Assembly: GCA_044229145.1 (NCBI GenBank)
Contig: JBGATO010000043.1
Location: 1-32,753 of the forward strand
From: Candidatus Eiseniibacteriota bacterium
GTDB lineage: Bacteria; Eisenbacteria; RBG-16-71-46; CAZEPH01
DNA: 32,753 nt
Direction: 5' to 3'
The translations under genes were made by a program, and so were the position numbers. This document shows positions 7,544 through 16,765 of the stretch, piece after piece. The notes under the pieces are model-generated. The model had not been told where the DNA came from. It did no database searches and was given only the letters and a program-made list of their open reading frames with translations. Each line of letters opens with the position of its first letter. Position 1 is the first letter of the stretch.

Positions 7544-9096
7544 GGCGCGACGGCGCGCGCGACCTCGCTCTGGCCGTCCGCCGTCACGCGCACCAGGAGC
7601 ACTCCGCGTGGCGCACGCCGTCCCCGCGCATCGCGGCGGTCCCACGAGACGACATGCGCGCCGGCGGGCAGCGCAGCGTCCGCGAGGGTCCGCCACAGCC
7701 GGCCCGCCGCATCGCAGATCTCGACACGCGTTGCCGCAGGACGCGGGATCTCGAACGACACGATCACCTCGCGCCGGACATCGGACCGCACCCGCACGTC
7801 GAACGGACCGCGGCGCGGAGCGTCATCCGGCGCGCCCGTCCACGCGATACGTCCGACCTCGCCGCTGTGTGACGTGAAGCGTGGCGCTGCTTGCCGGCAA
7901 TACCACAGCGCGCCATCCGGCCCGACGAGGGCGTCCGCCACCGACTCGTAGCCGCGCGCCCAATCACCTGCCGCGGAATCGGTCATGCCCGGCACCATCA
8001 TCGGCAGCAAGCTGGCACCCGCCGGCTGCAGGGCGCGCACGAACCCTTGATAGTAGTCGAGCGCGAATACGACGCCGTCGTACGCGCGCGGAAAGGCGCC
8101 GGGCGCCGCGACCTGCGGCGCGCGCGAGACGCCCGCACACACCACGGCCGCGGTCACCCCGATGCGGTCGTACCAGTACGCGGGCTGCGCGAGCACGTAG
8201 TTGAAGAGCCGGCACCCGGTGCCGGTCACGCGCGGCCCTTCGCGCAGCGGCCACGCACCGTTGAAGCCGCGCGATGCGAGGCGATCGATCTCCTCGACCT
8301 CGCTCTCGCCCACATCGCCGGCGTAGACCACGCCGGTGCGTGGATCGATTTGGATGCGGAACGGATTGCGCAAGCCGATCGCCCACGCGAGATCGGCGGC
8401 CGGGCTGTCGCTGGCGGGTGTGTCGGCAGGACGCAAGTCGGCGAGCGGCGGAGCGGGACCGGGTCCATCGGCGACGCGCAACACGTCGATCCGCAACACT
8501 GCCCCGCGCATCGTCCACGGCTGCTGCGCCGCGCAAGGATCGCCATCATCGCCGACGCTGACGTAGAGCAAACCATCGGGACCGAACCGCAACGAGCCGC
8601 CGTTGTGATGCGGCAGCGAGTCGCGCAAGGCGTCGAGGATGTCGCGCCGCGAAGTGAGGTCGAGCGCCGGCGCGCCGCCCGCGACATCGCGCACCGCATA
8701 GCGTGCCACGCGCATCGGCAGATCGCGAAGCGTGGCGAAGGTGTAGAGATACGGCTTCGCGGGCCAACGCGGATCGACCGCGAGCCCGAGCAGTCCACCC
8801 TCCGCCGCGGTGACGCTGGTGCCGGGCAGCGAATCGACGAGAGTCGACCACGCGCCGGTCGCCGGCGCGTAGAGGTGAATCGCGGTGGTGCGTTGTTCGC
8901 CGACGAACAACCGTCCGTCCGGCGCGAACGCGAGCGCCACCGGAAAATCGAGCCCGCGCACCACCACCGAATCCGCGAAGCCGGTGGGCAACCGCACCGC
9001 GCCGTGCGCCGCGACGGTCGCGAACTCGGCCCACAACGCGACGACGGCACGCGCGGCGCACCGCGCGTACCGCCGTGGGGCACTCCGCGACCTCAC
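7540..9096 (-). CDS. PQQ-dependent sugar dehydrogenase-like beta-propeller (GSDH family) with C-terminal FlgD Ig-like domain
   Basis: EGGLLGLAVDP, HHNGGSLRFGPDGLLYVSVGD, GLRNPFR, GDVG and E-E-I-D motifs. The tail 'VEICDAAGRLWRTL...GAHVVSWDRRDARGRRAPRGV' is FlgD-Ig-like. Confidence 0.85.
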   Translation of the reverse strand: MRSRSAPRRYARCAARAVVALWAEFATVAAHGAVRLPTGFADSVVVRGLDFPVALAFAPDGRLFVGEQRTTAIHLYAPATGAWSTLVDSLPGTSVTAAEGGLLGLAVDPRWPAKPYLYTFATLRDLPMRVARYAVRDVAGGAPALDLTSRRDILDALRDSLPHHNGGSLRFGPDGLLYVSVGDDGDPCAAQQPWTMRGAVLRIDVLRVADGPGPAPPLADLRPADTPASDSPAADLAWAIGLRNPFRIQIDPRTGVVYAGDVGESEVEEIDRLASRGFNGAWPLREGPRVTGTGCRLFNYVLAQPAYWYDRIGVTAAVVCAGVSRAPQVAAPGAFPRAYDGVVFALDYYQGFVRALQPAGASLLPMMVPGMTDSAAGDWARGYESVADALVGPDGALWYCRQAAPRFTSHSGEVGRIAWTGAPDDAPRRGPFDVRVRSDVRREVIVSFEIPRPAATRVEICDAAGRLWRTLADAALPAGAHVVSWDRRDARGRRAPRGVLLVRVTADGQSEVARAVAP

Positions 9097-9102
9097 GCGC
9101 GT

Positions 9103-12100
9103 CTATTTCTTCCGCACGCCGTTGTCGAACGACTTGTCGGGGAACGGCGGGTGGGTGAACGGCGGCACCGGCTCCTCGGCGATCTTGCGCGTGAGGTAGT
9201 CCACCGCGGCGCGCAGCTGCGCGTCCTCTCCCGCGAAGGTCGCGTGCGGCAGGTTGTCGACGACGAGGTCCGGGCGCACGCCCTCGCCTTCGATCATCCA
9301 CTGACCGTCGGGACCGTAGACGCCGTACTCGGCGGCGGTCGCGATACCGCCGTCGACCAGGAAGTTGTCGGACGACAGCCAGATCTCGCCCCCCAAGGAG
9401 CGCGTGCCGATGACCGGCCCGAGCTTCAGGCGCTGAACGCCGGCACAGAACAACTCACCGTCGCTCACCGTCTGCTGGTTGACCAGCACCGCGAGATGCC
9501 CGCGGAACGCATACTGCATGTTCCACGAAGGCGCTTGCCCCGTGTGCTGACTCCAGAACGCCCACGCCTTGCGCATCAACTTCTCCAACACCCAGCTGTC
9601 GATGTTGCCGCCGGTGTTGTTGCGCGCGTCGATGATGAGGCCATCCTTGGTGAAATTCGGATAGAAGTCGCGCGCGAAGTTGGTCCACGAGTCGGATCCC
9701 ATCGAGCGCATGTGCAGGTAGCCGATGCGCCCCTTGCCCCAGTCTTCGACGTGACGGCGCGCCGCGTACTCCCAGTCGGCGTAGCGCAAGTTTGCGGCGT
9801 CGGCGGACGACAGCGGCGTGACGATGACGTCGCGTTCGCCCCCGCTCGCGCTGGCGACGTGGAGCAGAACTTGACGACCGCTTTGCCCGCGCAACAAGGC
9901 GCCTGCATCCGGCACCGTAAGCACCGAGACACCGTTGATCGCCGTGATGACATCGCCTTCCTTGACGTCGACGCCGGGCCGCGCGAGCGGCGCCTGCGCG
10001 GCGGGCTGGTCGGGATCGTCGCGGTAGAGACGCGCGACGCGGTCGCCCCCCTTCGCGGTGTCGCGCACGTGCAGCGCGGAGAGTTCCGAGATCATCTGCT
10101 GCAGCACGTCGGCGAGATCGCCGCGCGACGCCACGCGGTCGGCGAGCGGCTGGTAGCGCTGGCGCATCCGCGGCCAGTCCACGCCCTGCATGCCGCGGTC
10201 GTAGAAGTAGTCGCGTTCGAGGCGCCACGCCTCGGTGTACATCTGCCGCCACTCCTCGCGCGGCGTCACGCTCAGCATCCATGCGGCAAGCGACACCTTC
10301 GACTTGTCGAGATCGTCGGCGGGCGCGGCGGCGGCCTCGACGAGGAAGAGAGCGTCGTCCTGCCGCAGCAATAGCGTGCTGCCATCGTTCGACAGCTCCG
10401 CCTGCGAGACGTCGTCGACGACCGTCTTCACCTTCGGCTTGTCGTTGCCGAAGGCGATTGCCTGCAGCGCGGTCTTGCTCTCGCCAGTGCCAGCGCTGCG
10501 CCAGAACAACGCCTTGTCGTTGGCGAGCAGTCCGCTGTAGTTGCCGGCCGGCACCACGCTCACTTCTTGCACGCGCTCGCGCAGGCCGACCGTATCGATA
10601 CTCGCCGCGAGCGATGCGTCCTTGGCGGCCGCCTTCTTCGCCGGCCTCTTCGCCGCCGCATCGTCCTTCTTCTCGGCATCCGCCGGATGCAATTCGTCCA
10701 CCGGCTGGAACGGCGAGCGCAGCCCGCGCGTGAGCGGCAGCGCGTAGATCTTGGTGCGCTTGTCGAGATAGGGCTCCGGCTGGTACGGCCCCCACACGCT
10801 CTCGGTCATCGTGGTGAGCGTGCGGTCGCTGAGGAAGTAGAGCCATTTGCCGTCGCGGCTCCACGCCGGCGCGTAGCTGTCGTAGTGATCGGTGGTGGCG
10901 AAGACGCGCGCGCCACTGACGGCATTCCACAGCACGATGCGGCGGAACAGATTGCCGGCCACCGACACGTACGCGAGCCAGGCGCCGTCCGGCGACCACG
11001 CGAAGTCGGCGAACTGGTCGATGCTCGACGAGTCCACGCGCGCGGTGGCGCCGGTCGCGAGGTCGGTGACCCAGATGCGTTGGTGCTTGTCGTGGTGCAC
11101 GACGCGCTTGCCGTCGGGTGACGGCAGGACGTCCCACCGCAACGCGTCGCCGCCCCGTGTGACCTGCTTCCCGGTGCCGACCCCGTTGGCCGGTACGGTC
11201 CACACTTCGACCTCGCCCGACTGGTCGGAGAGCGTGAGCAGCGATTTGCCGTCGGTGGCGAAGTGCGCGGCGCGGTAGCGGACGCCTGGCGCCCGCGTCG
11301 CCTCGACGAAGCGGCCGCTCTTGCGCGGCGCCACGAAGATCTGCCCGCGCGCCGTGAGCACCACGCGATCGCCGTTCGGTGACACGTGCGCGGCGGTCAG
11401 ATAGTCGATCGGCTTCTTCACCCACTGCTCGCGCACTTGGTCGAAGTCGGTCGGCAGCGCGATCGCCAGTTGCGTCGACTGACCGCTGGCGATGTCGTAC
11501 ACGCCGAGATCGGCGCCGCGTTGGAACACGATGCGCTGGCCATCGCACGCGGCGGAGCGGATTTCCCATTCGGTGAAGCGGGTGTGCTGTTGCACGTCGC
11601 CGCCGTCCGGCTTCATCGACCAGACGTTCATGGTGCCGTCGCGATCGCTGAGGAAGTAGACGCGGCCGCCGGCCACCATCGGCGTCTTGCTGGTACCGGG
11701 GTAATCGCCGGTCAGCGGCGTCGCCTCCGCGTCCGACGGTGCGAACCGCCACAATTGCTGCGCGGCCCCTCCCTTATAGCGCCGCGTGTTCGACCCGAAC
11801 CAGCCGAAGCGCGCGAAGATCCACGCGCCGTCCGGCAGTTGCACCCCTTCGGCCGCCTGCGCGAGCGGCACCGGCGTGCGCGTGCCGGTCGCCACGTCGA
11901 GGTCGATCAACTGCGAAGTCGGCAGGGTCGACAGCGCGCTGGTGGCGTAGAGCAGATGTCCCGCCGGCGTCCAGCCGACCGCGGCGACGCGGCGCGCCGC
12001 ATCGAACGTCCGTCGCACCGGCAGTCCGCCGGCCAGCGGCATCGTGTAGACCTCGGCCGGCCCTTCGTACTGCGCGACGAACGCGACCGTCGAGCCGTCC

Positions 12101-12333
12101 GGCGAGATCGACGGCGAGCCTTCCGTGCCGAGGTTGGAGGTCAGGCGGGCGGCGCGGCCGCCACTCGACGGCACCGTCCACAGATCGCCCTCGGCGACGA
12201 AGACGATGGTGTCGTGCCAGATGGCGGGCGAACGGTAGTAGCCGCGCGGCTCTTCGGCGCGGGCGGGCACGGCGGGGGCAGCAGACGCGGTGGCCAGGGC
12301 CACCGCGCATAGGGCGCGGGTGAGGAAACGCAT
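9103..12333 (-). CDS. Secreted tricorn protease homologue (peptidase S41)
   Basis: Signal peptide from ATG 12333, IVFVAEGDLW and SPDG propeller repeats, SALH (catalytic His), PDZ-like segment, IIDARNNTGG, TVSDGE (catalytic Ser-Asp), IEGEGVRPD and DAQL. Confidence 0.95.
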   Translation of the reverse strand: MRFLTRALCAVALATASAAPAVPARAEEPRGYYRSPAIWHDTIVFVAEGDLWTVPSSGGRAARLTSNLGTEGSPSISPDGSTVAFVAQYEGPAEVYTMPLAGGLPVRRTFDAARRVAAVGWTPAGHLLYATSALSTLPTSQLIDLDVATGTRTPVPLAQAAEGVQLPDGAWIFARFGWFGSNTRRYKGGAAQQLWRFAPSDAEATPLTGDYPGTSKTPMVAGGRVYFLSDRDGTMNVWSMKPDGGDVQQHTRFTEWEIRSAACDGQRIVFQRGADLGVYDIASGQSTQLAIALPTDFDQVREQWVKKPIDYLTAAHVSPNGDRVVLTARGQIFVAPRKSGRFVEATRAPGVRYRAAHFATDGKSLLTLSDQSGEVEVWTVPANGVGTGKQVTRGGDALRWDVLPSPDGKRVVHHDKHQRIWVTDLATGATARVDSSSIDQFADFAWSPDGAWLAYVSVAGNLFRRIVLWNAVSGARVFATTDHYDSYAPAWSRDGKWLYFLSDRTLTTMTESVWGPYQPEPYLDKRTKIYALPLTRGLRSPFQPVDELHPADAEKKDDAAAKRPAKKAAAKDASLAASIDTVGLRERVQEVSVVPAGNYSGLLANDKALFWRSAGTGESKTALQAIAFGNDKPKVKTVVDDVSQAELSNDGSTLLLRQDDALFLVEAAAAPADDLDKSKVSLAAWMLSVTPREEWRQMYTEAWRLERDYFYDRGMQGVDWPRMRQRYQPLADRVASRGDLADVLQQMISELSALHVRDTAKGGDRVARLYRDDPDQPAAQAPLARPGVDVKEGDVITAINGVSVLTVPDAGALLRGQSGRQVLLHVASASGGERDVIVTPLSSADAANLRYADWEYAARRHVEDWGKGRIGYLHMRSMGSDSWTNFARDFYPNFTKDGLIIDARNNTGGNIDSWVLEKLMRKAWAFWSQHTGQAPSWNMQYAFRGHLAVLVNQQTVSDGELFCAGVQRLKLGPVIGTRSLGGEIWLSSDNFLVDGGIATAAEYGVYGPDGQWMIEGEGVRPDLVVDNLPHATFAGEDAQLRAAVDYLTRKIAEEPVPPFTHPPFPDKSFDNGVRKK

Positions 12334-12520
12334 CGGGACGAGAGCTCCTGGGCGGGCGACGGTCCACGGGCGCGCGGGGGGTGCGCGGTCTCGCCGGGAC
12401 TCTCGCCCGCTGGGCCGCCGGCTGTCAAATACTGAGGCGTAGGCGGCACGATTCGCCGCCCGAAGGACCACAGGACAACGACTTAGCCTTCAGGCGCGGG
12501 CCACCGGCAGCTTTTTCCGC

Positions 12521-12548
12521 TCAAGATTGCCGGTGGGGTATCCGATAG
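12521..12548 (+). promoter_or_regulatory. sigma28 (FliA)-like promoter upstream of the diguanylate cyclase
   Basis: TCAAG-N15-TCCGATAG resembles the T(A/C)AAG-N14-GCCGATAA consensus, with one extra spacer base. Confidence 0.55.
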
Positions 12549-12675
12549 AGGAACCGGCGGTTCCCCAGACGGTGGCGCAAACGGCGCCGCGTTCCGCCGG
12601 CAGCGACCCGCTGGAGCCGTGGTCCCCCGGCCGCGCGGACCACGGGCCCCATGGCGGGCCGGGAGGTGAGACGAA

Positions 12676-15297
12676 GTGGCACGGAAGCTGGCTCGACGCC
12701 GGATCCTGGGAGTGTTCGCGAGCTTACGCGCGCGACTGGTCCTGCTGGTGATCCTCGCCCTGCTCCCCGCGACGCTCTTTCTCGGAGAAGTCTATCGCGA
12801 ACGCCGGCCGTCGACGCTCGAGCGGATCGACGGCGAGGCGTTGCGCACCATTGGATTGGTGACCACCCAGGGCACCGACGTGTTCGACGATGCGCGCCGC
12901 GCGCTCACCGGCGTCGCGCGCACCGCCGAGATCCACGACGGCATGCCGACGGTGGATCGCATCGCCATGACACGCGTGGTCCAGGCGTTCCCGTCCGTCG
13001 TCACGCTCACCGTGAGCGACAGCGCGGGCGTCGTGTTGTCGCAGGCGTTGACCTCGACGAGTGCCACCGCGGGCGCCTGGGATGCCGGCGTGGCGCGCGA
13101 GGCGATGCGGGCGCGCGGATACGAAATCGGTCACTACGAAGTCGATCGCGCACGCGGCCGCACCTTGGTGACCACCGCGGTGCCGATCGTGGGCGCGCGC
13201 GGCGAAATCGTCGGCGCGGTCTCGGCGGTGCTCAGCCTCGCCTGGCTCACCGATCTCGTGCAGCGCTCCCCGTTGCTGCCGGATGCCTCGTTGGTGCTCG
13301 CTGACGAACACGGCGTCGTGCTGGCGCGCGTCCCCGACGGCGCGCCGCGCACCGGTGACCGCATCGACGCGACGCCGCTGTTCCGCGCCATGCGCTCGGA
13401 AAGCGGCAAGCGCTCGGTGGTCGACAGCTTCGACAAGGTGAACCGGCGGTACGCGTTCTCGACCTTCGGCACCGGCGGCGCGCGTGTGTACGTCGCCTAC
13501 GGCGTGCCGGTGGATGCGGTGGCCGACACCGATCGCGTCGAGCAGACGCGCGACATGCTGGTGATGCTCGCGCTGTTGCTCGCTACCGTGCTGGCGGCGT
13601 GGTTCTGGAGCGGCGCGCTGGTGGTCACGCCGGTGCGCGACCTGATCCGTGTCGCCGGACGTATCCAGCGCGGCGACTTCGCGGCGCGCACGCACGCCCT
13701 CGGCAGCGGCGAACTGGGGCAGCTCAGTCACGTGATCGACGACATGGCGGCGCACGTCGAATCGAGCATCGCGGAGCGCGACCAGTCGGTGCACGAGCGT
13801 GACGGCGTGGTGGCGGCTCTGCGCCACAGCGAAGAGCAGTTCCGTCTGCTGGTCGACGCGGTGGAGGACTACGCGATCTGCATGCTCGATCCCGAGGGGC
13901 GTGTGGTGAGCTGGAATGCCGGCGCGACCCGCATCACCGGCTTCAGCGCCGAGGAGTCGATCGGCCAGCCCTACTCGCGCATCTTCCCGCTGCCCGAAGT
14001 GGCGCGCGGCCTGCCGAGCGCGACGCTCGAACAGGCGGCATTGCAAGGCAGTCTGCACAATGAAGGCTGGCGCTGTCGCAAGGACGGCAGCCAGTTCGTC
14101 GCGTACGAAGTGCTGACCGCGTTGCACGCCAGCGACGGGCACCTGTCCGGCTTCTCGCTGATCACGCGCGACGTCTCGGCCCTGCGCCTGGCGTCCGAAG
14201 CGCGCGACCAGGCCGAAGCCGAACTCCGCGCCAGCAACGAACGGCTCGAACACACCGTGGCCGAACTCGAACGTTCGGTGCGCGAGATCGGCACGCTCAA
14301 CGAACTCAGCGACCGCCTCCAGGCGAGCAACGACATCGCCGAAGTGACGGCCGCCGTGACGCGCACCTGCGAAATGCTGTTCCCCGGCAGCGCCGGCGCG
14401 CTGTTCCTCTTGAACGCGTCGCATGCGGCGGCCGATGTGGCCGCGGCGTGGGGCGCACCATTCCCGGCCACCATTCGCCTCGATGACTGCTGGGCGCTGC
14501 GATCGAGCAGCAATGCCGTCTTCATCGACGGCGAACATTCGCTGCCGGCGTGTCCGCACACGAACGGTCAAGGATTCACGCGATCTCTCTGCGTGCGGTT
14601 GCAGGCGCGCGAGGAGGTGCTCGGCGTGTTGCATCTCGGCTTCGCGGCGGGTGCGGCGGCGCGCTCGCCGAAGGATCTCGCGCGCCGCGCGCAAGCCGAG
14701 GCCCATCTGGCCGATGCGGTGTCGAAGCAGGTCGGGCTGGCACTCGCCAACATCCGGCTCAAGGACACGTTGCGCTTCCAGGCGCTGCGCGATCCGCTGA
14801 CCGATCTGTTCAACCGCCGCTACATGGAGGAGACGCTCGAGCGCGAAGTGTCGCGCGCGGTGCGCAAGGCGACGCCGCTCGCGGTCATCATGCTCGACCT
14901 CGACAACTTCAAGACGTTCAACGACACGCACGGTCACCATGCGGGCGATGCGGTTCTGCGCGAGGTGGCGCGCTTCCTCGGGTCGCACGTGCGCGGCGAA
15001 GACGTCGCGTGCCGCTACGGCGGCGAGGAGTTCACGCTGATCCTGCCGGGCGCGTCGCGGCACGTGGCAGAGCGGCGGGCGCGGCAGATCATGCTGGGCC
15101 TCCGCGAGCTTCCGGTGCGCCTGGGCCTGCAGACGTTGCCGGCGGTGACGGCGTCGTTTGGCATCGCCGTGTTCCCCGACAACGGCGTGACGGCGACGGA
15201 TCTCGTGCTGGCGGCGGACGCCGCGCTCTATCAGGCGAAGAGCGCCGGCCGCGATTGCATCGCGCTGGCGACGCCGGGCGGGGCGCGGGTGGCGTAG
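12676..15297 (+). CDS. Membrane sensor diguanylate cyclase (TM-dCache-TM-HAMP-PAS-GAF-GGDEF)
   Basis: Two TM segments around a periplasmic domain, HAMP (TPVRDL...ELGQL), PAS (SWNAGA, RKDGS), GAF (CWALR), DPLTDLFNRR, GGEEF active site and RGED I-site. GGAGGT RBS before the GTG start. Confidence 0.95.
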   Translation: MARKLARRRILGVFASLRARLVLLVILALLPATLFLGEVYRERRPSTLERIDGEALRTIGLVTTQGTDVFDDARRALTGVARTAEIHDGMPTVDRIAMTRVVQAFPSVVTLTVSDSAGVVLSQALTSTSATAGAWDAGVAREAMRARGYEIGHYEVDRARGRTLVTTAVPIVGARGEIVGAVSAVLSLAWLTDLVQRSPLLPDASLVLADEHGVVLARVPDGAPRTGDRIDATPLFRAMRSESGKRSVVDSFDKVNRRYAFSTFGTGGARVYVAYGVPVDAVADTDRVEQTRDMLVMLALLLATVLAAWFWSGALVVTPVRDLIRVAGRIQRGDFAARTHALGSGELGQLSHVIDDMAAHVESSIAERDQSVHERDGVVAALRHSEEQFRLLVDAVEDYAICMLDPEGRVVSWNAGATRITGFSAEESIGQPYSRIFPLPEVARGLPSATLEQAALQGSLHNEGWRCRKDGSQFVAYEVLTALHASDGHLSGFSLITRDVSALRLASEARDQAEAELRASNERLEHTVAELERSVREIGTLNELSDRLQASNDIAEVTAAVTRTCEMLFPGSAGALFLLNASHAAADVAAAWGAPFPATIRLDDCWALRSSSNAVFIDGEHSLPACPHTNGQGFTRSLCVRLQAREEVLGVLHLGFAAGAAARSPKDLARRAQAEAHLADAVSKQVGLALANIRLKDTLRFQALRDPLTDLFNRRYMEETLEREVSRAVRKATPLAVIMLDLDNFKTFNDTHGHHAGDAVLREVARFLGSHVRGEDVACRYGGEEFTLILPGASRHVAERRARQIMLGLRELPVRLGLQTLPAVTASFGIAVFPDNGVTATDLVLAADAALYQAKSAGRDCIALATPGGARVA

Positions 15298-15298
15298 G

Positions 15299-16006
15299 TT
15301 AGGCGGGCGGGAGGTTCTTCATCGCCTCGCGCAGCGACAACGGACTCAACCGGGCGCGGTGCGTGTCGACATAGGCACGCACCGCGTCCGCGTTCGTCCA
15401 CGCATATTGCCGCAGCGCCCAACCGATCGCTTTGCGCAGGAAGAATTCCGTCGAGTCGAACGACGGCTCCATGCAGCAATGCAGGAACTCGAGATCGGTG
15501 TCGTGCTTGAGGTGGAGTTGGCAGAGGATGGCGCTCCGACGCAGCCACATGTCGTCGTGGCGCGCCCATCGCAGCATTGCCTTGCGCGTGGGCGCTGGTT
15601 CGGCGCGCAAGATCTCGCCGAGGCGATGGCCCGCGAGCGGGTCGACAAGATCCCACCACGCGCCGCTGACGATCATGTCTTCGTAGGCGGGTAGCGTTTC
15701 CATCGTCTGCCAGCAGCGCGCGCGGCGATCGGCCGCGAGGTCGCGTGCAGCGTAGCGTTCTTCGCGATGCGTAGCGTGGTGCCACAGGTGGAGCATGAGC
15801 GCGCGCCATTCATCGGCGTCGGCGAGCGGAACGCCAGCGAGCGTCTGCTTGGCGATGCGGCGCGTCTCGGCCATCGGCACGCCGTGGAAGGGCATCACCG
15901 ATTTCATGTACGCTTGCATTTGCGCGGCGCGAGCGGAGTCGGCGGCGGCGGCGAAGGCGGCGCGTAGCTCGCGCAGCACCGCGGCATGGGCGCGCACTGC
16001 TACCAC
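15299..16006 (-). CDS. DNA alkylation repair protein (AlkD-like HEAT-repeat family)
   Basis: MQAYMKS, HREERYAA, GAWWDLVD, MWLRRSAIL and EFFLRKAIGWALRQYA. Start is GTG 16006 or 15997. Confidence 0.9.
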   Translation of the reverse strand: MVAVRAHAAVLRELRAAFAAAADSARAAQMQAYMKSVMPFHGVPMAETRRIAKQTLAGVPLADADEWRALMLHLWHHATHREERYAARDLAADRRARCWQTMETLPAYEDMIVSGAWWDLVDPLAGHRLGEILRAEPAPTRKAMLRWARHDDMWLRRSAILCQLHLKHDTDLEFLHCCMEPSFDSTEFFLRKAIGWALRQYAWTNADAVRAYVDTHRARLSPLSLREAMKNLPPA

Positions 16007-16695
16007 TCGATCGGCTCCCGGTCGCGGAAGAACCCGCCGGTCGGGCCATCGGCGGGCAACGTCGCCAGCCACACGATCGTATCCGCGCCTTCCTCCACCG
16101 GACGCTCCGCGCCTTCGCCGCCCATCCGCGTCTTCACCCAGCCGGGGCACAGTGTGTTGACCTTCACCGCGTCCCCCGGCAGCTCGCGCGATGCGCGCAC
16201 CGTCACCGCGTTGAGCGCCACCTTCGACACCGCATAGGGCGCGGTGCACTCGAGGCCTTCGCCGAACGAGCCGCAGCCGCTCGACACGTTGACGATGCGG
16301 CCGTAGCCGGCGTCGCGCATCGCTGGGGCGAACGCGCGAATCGTCCACACCGCGCCGAGCGTGTTGATGGCGAGCGTGTCGCGCCACTCGTCGGAGGGCG
16401 CGTCGAGCAGATCGTGATCGGGATAGACGCCGGCGTTGTTGACCAGCACGTCGATGTGCACGCCGTCGGCGCGCAGCCGCGCGGCGCAGGCCAGCACGCT
16501 GGTCTCGTCGCCGACGTCCATCGTTTCCGCGCGCACGCCGAGGCCTTCGGCCGCCAGCGTCATCGCCGCCTCCGCGGCCGCAGCGCCGTCGCGGCCGGTG
16601 AGCACCACCATCATGCCGAGCCGGCCGAGTTGCCGGCACACCTCGAATCCGATGCCGCGATTGGCACCGGTGACCAGCACGGTGCGAGTCGTCAC
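16000..16695 (-). CDS. Short-chain dehydrogenase/reductase (carbonyl reductase-like)
   Basis: TGANRGIG, VLVNNAG, NVSS, catalytic YAVSK and CPGWVKTRMGG. Confidence 0.95.
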   Translation of the reverse strand: MTTRTVLVTGANRGIGFEVCRQLGRLGMMVVLTGRDGAAAAEAAMTLAAEGLGVRAETMDVGDETSVLACAARLRADGVHIDVLVNNAGVYPDHDLLDAPSDEWRDTLAINTLGAVWTIRAFAPAMRDAGYGRIVNVSSGCGSFGEGLECTAPYAVSKVALNAVTVRASRELPGDAVKVNTLCPGWVKTRMGGEGAERPVEEGADTIVWLATLPADGPTGGFFRDREPIEW

Positions 16696-16765
16696 GTGCC
16701 CTCCGGATGCAACACGGGCGCCGGCTGCGATCGCCGGCGCCCGCGCTTCGTCGTGTCGTCGCGCG

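Noticed and set aside
12334..12675. Possible c-di-GMP or other riboswitch or ncRNA in the longest intergenic region
   Set aside because: No recognisable aptamer consensus by eye. An Rfam/Infernal scan would be needed to exclude it.
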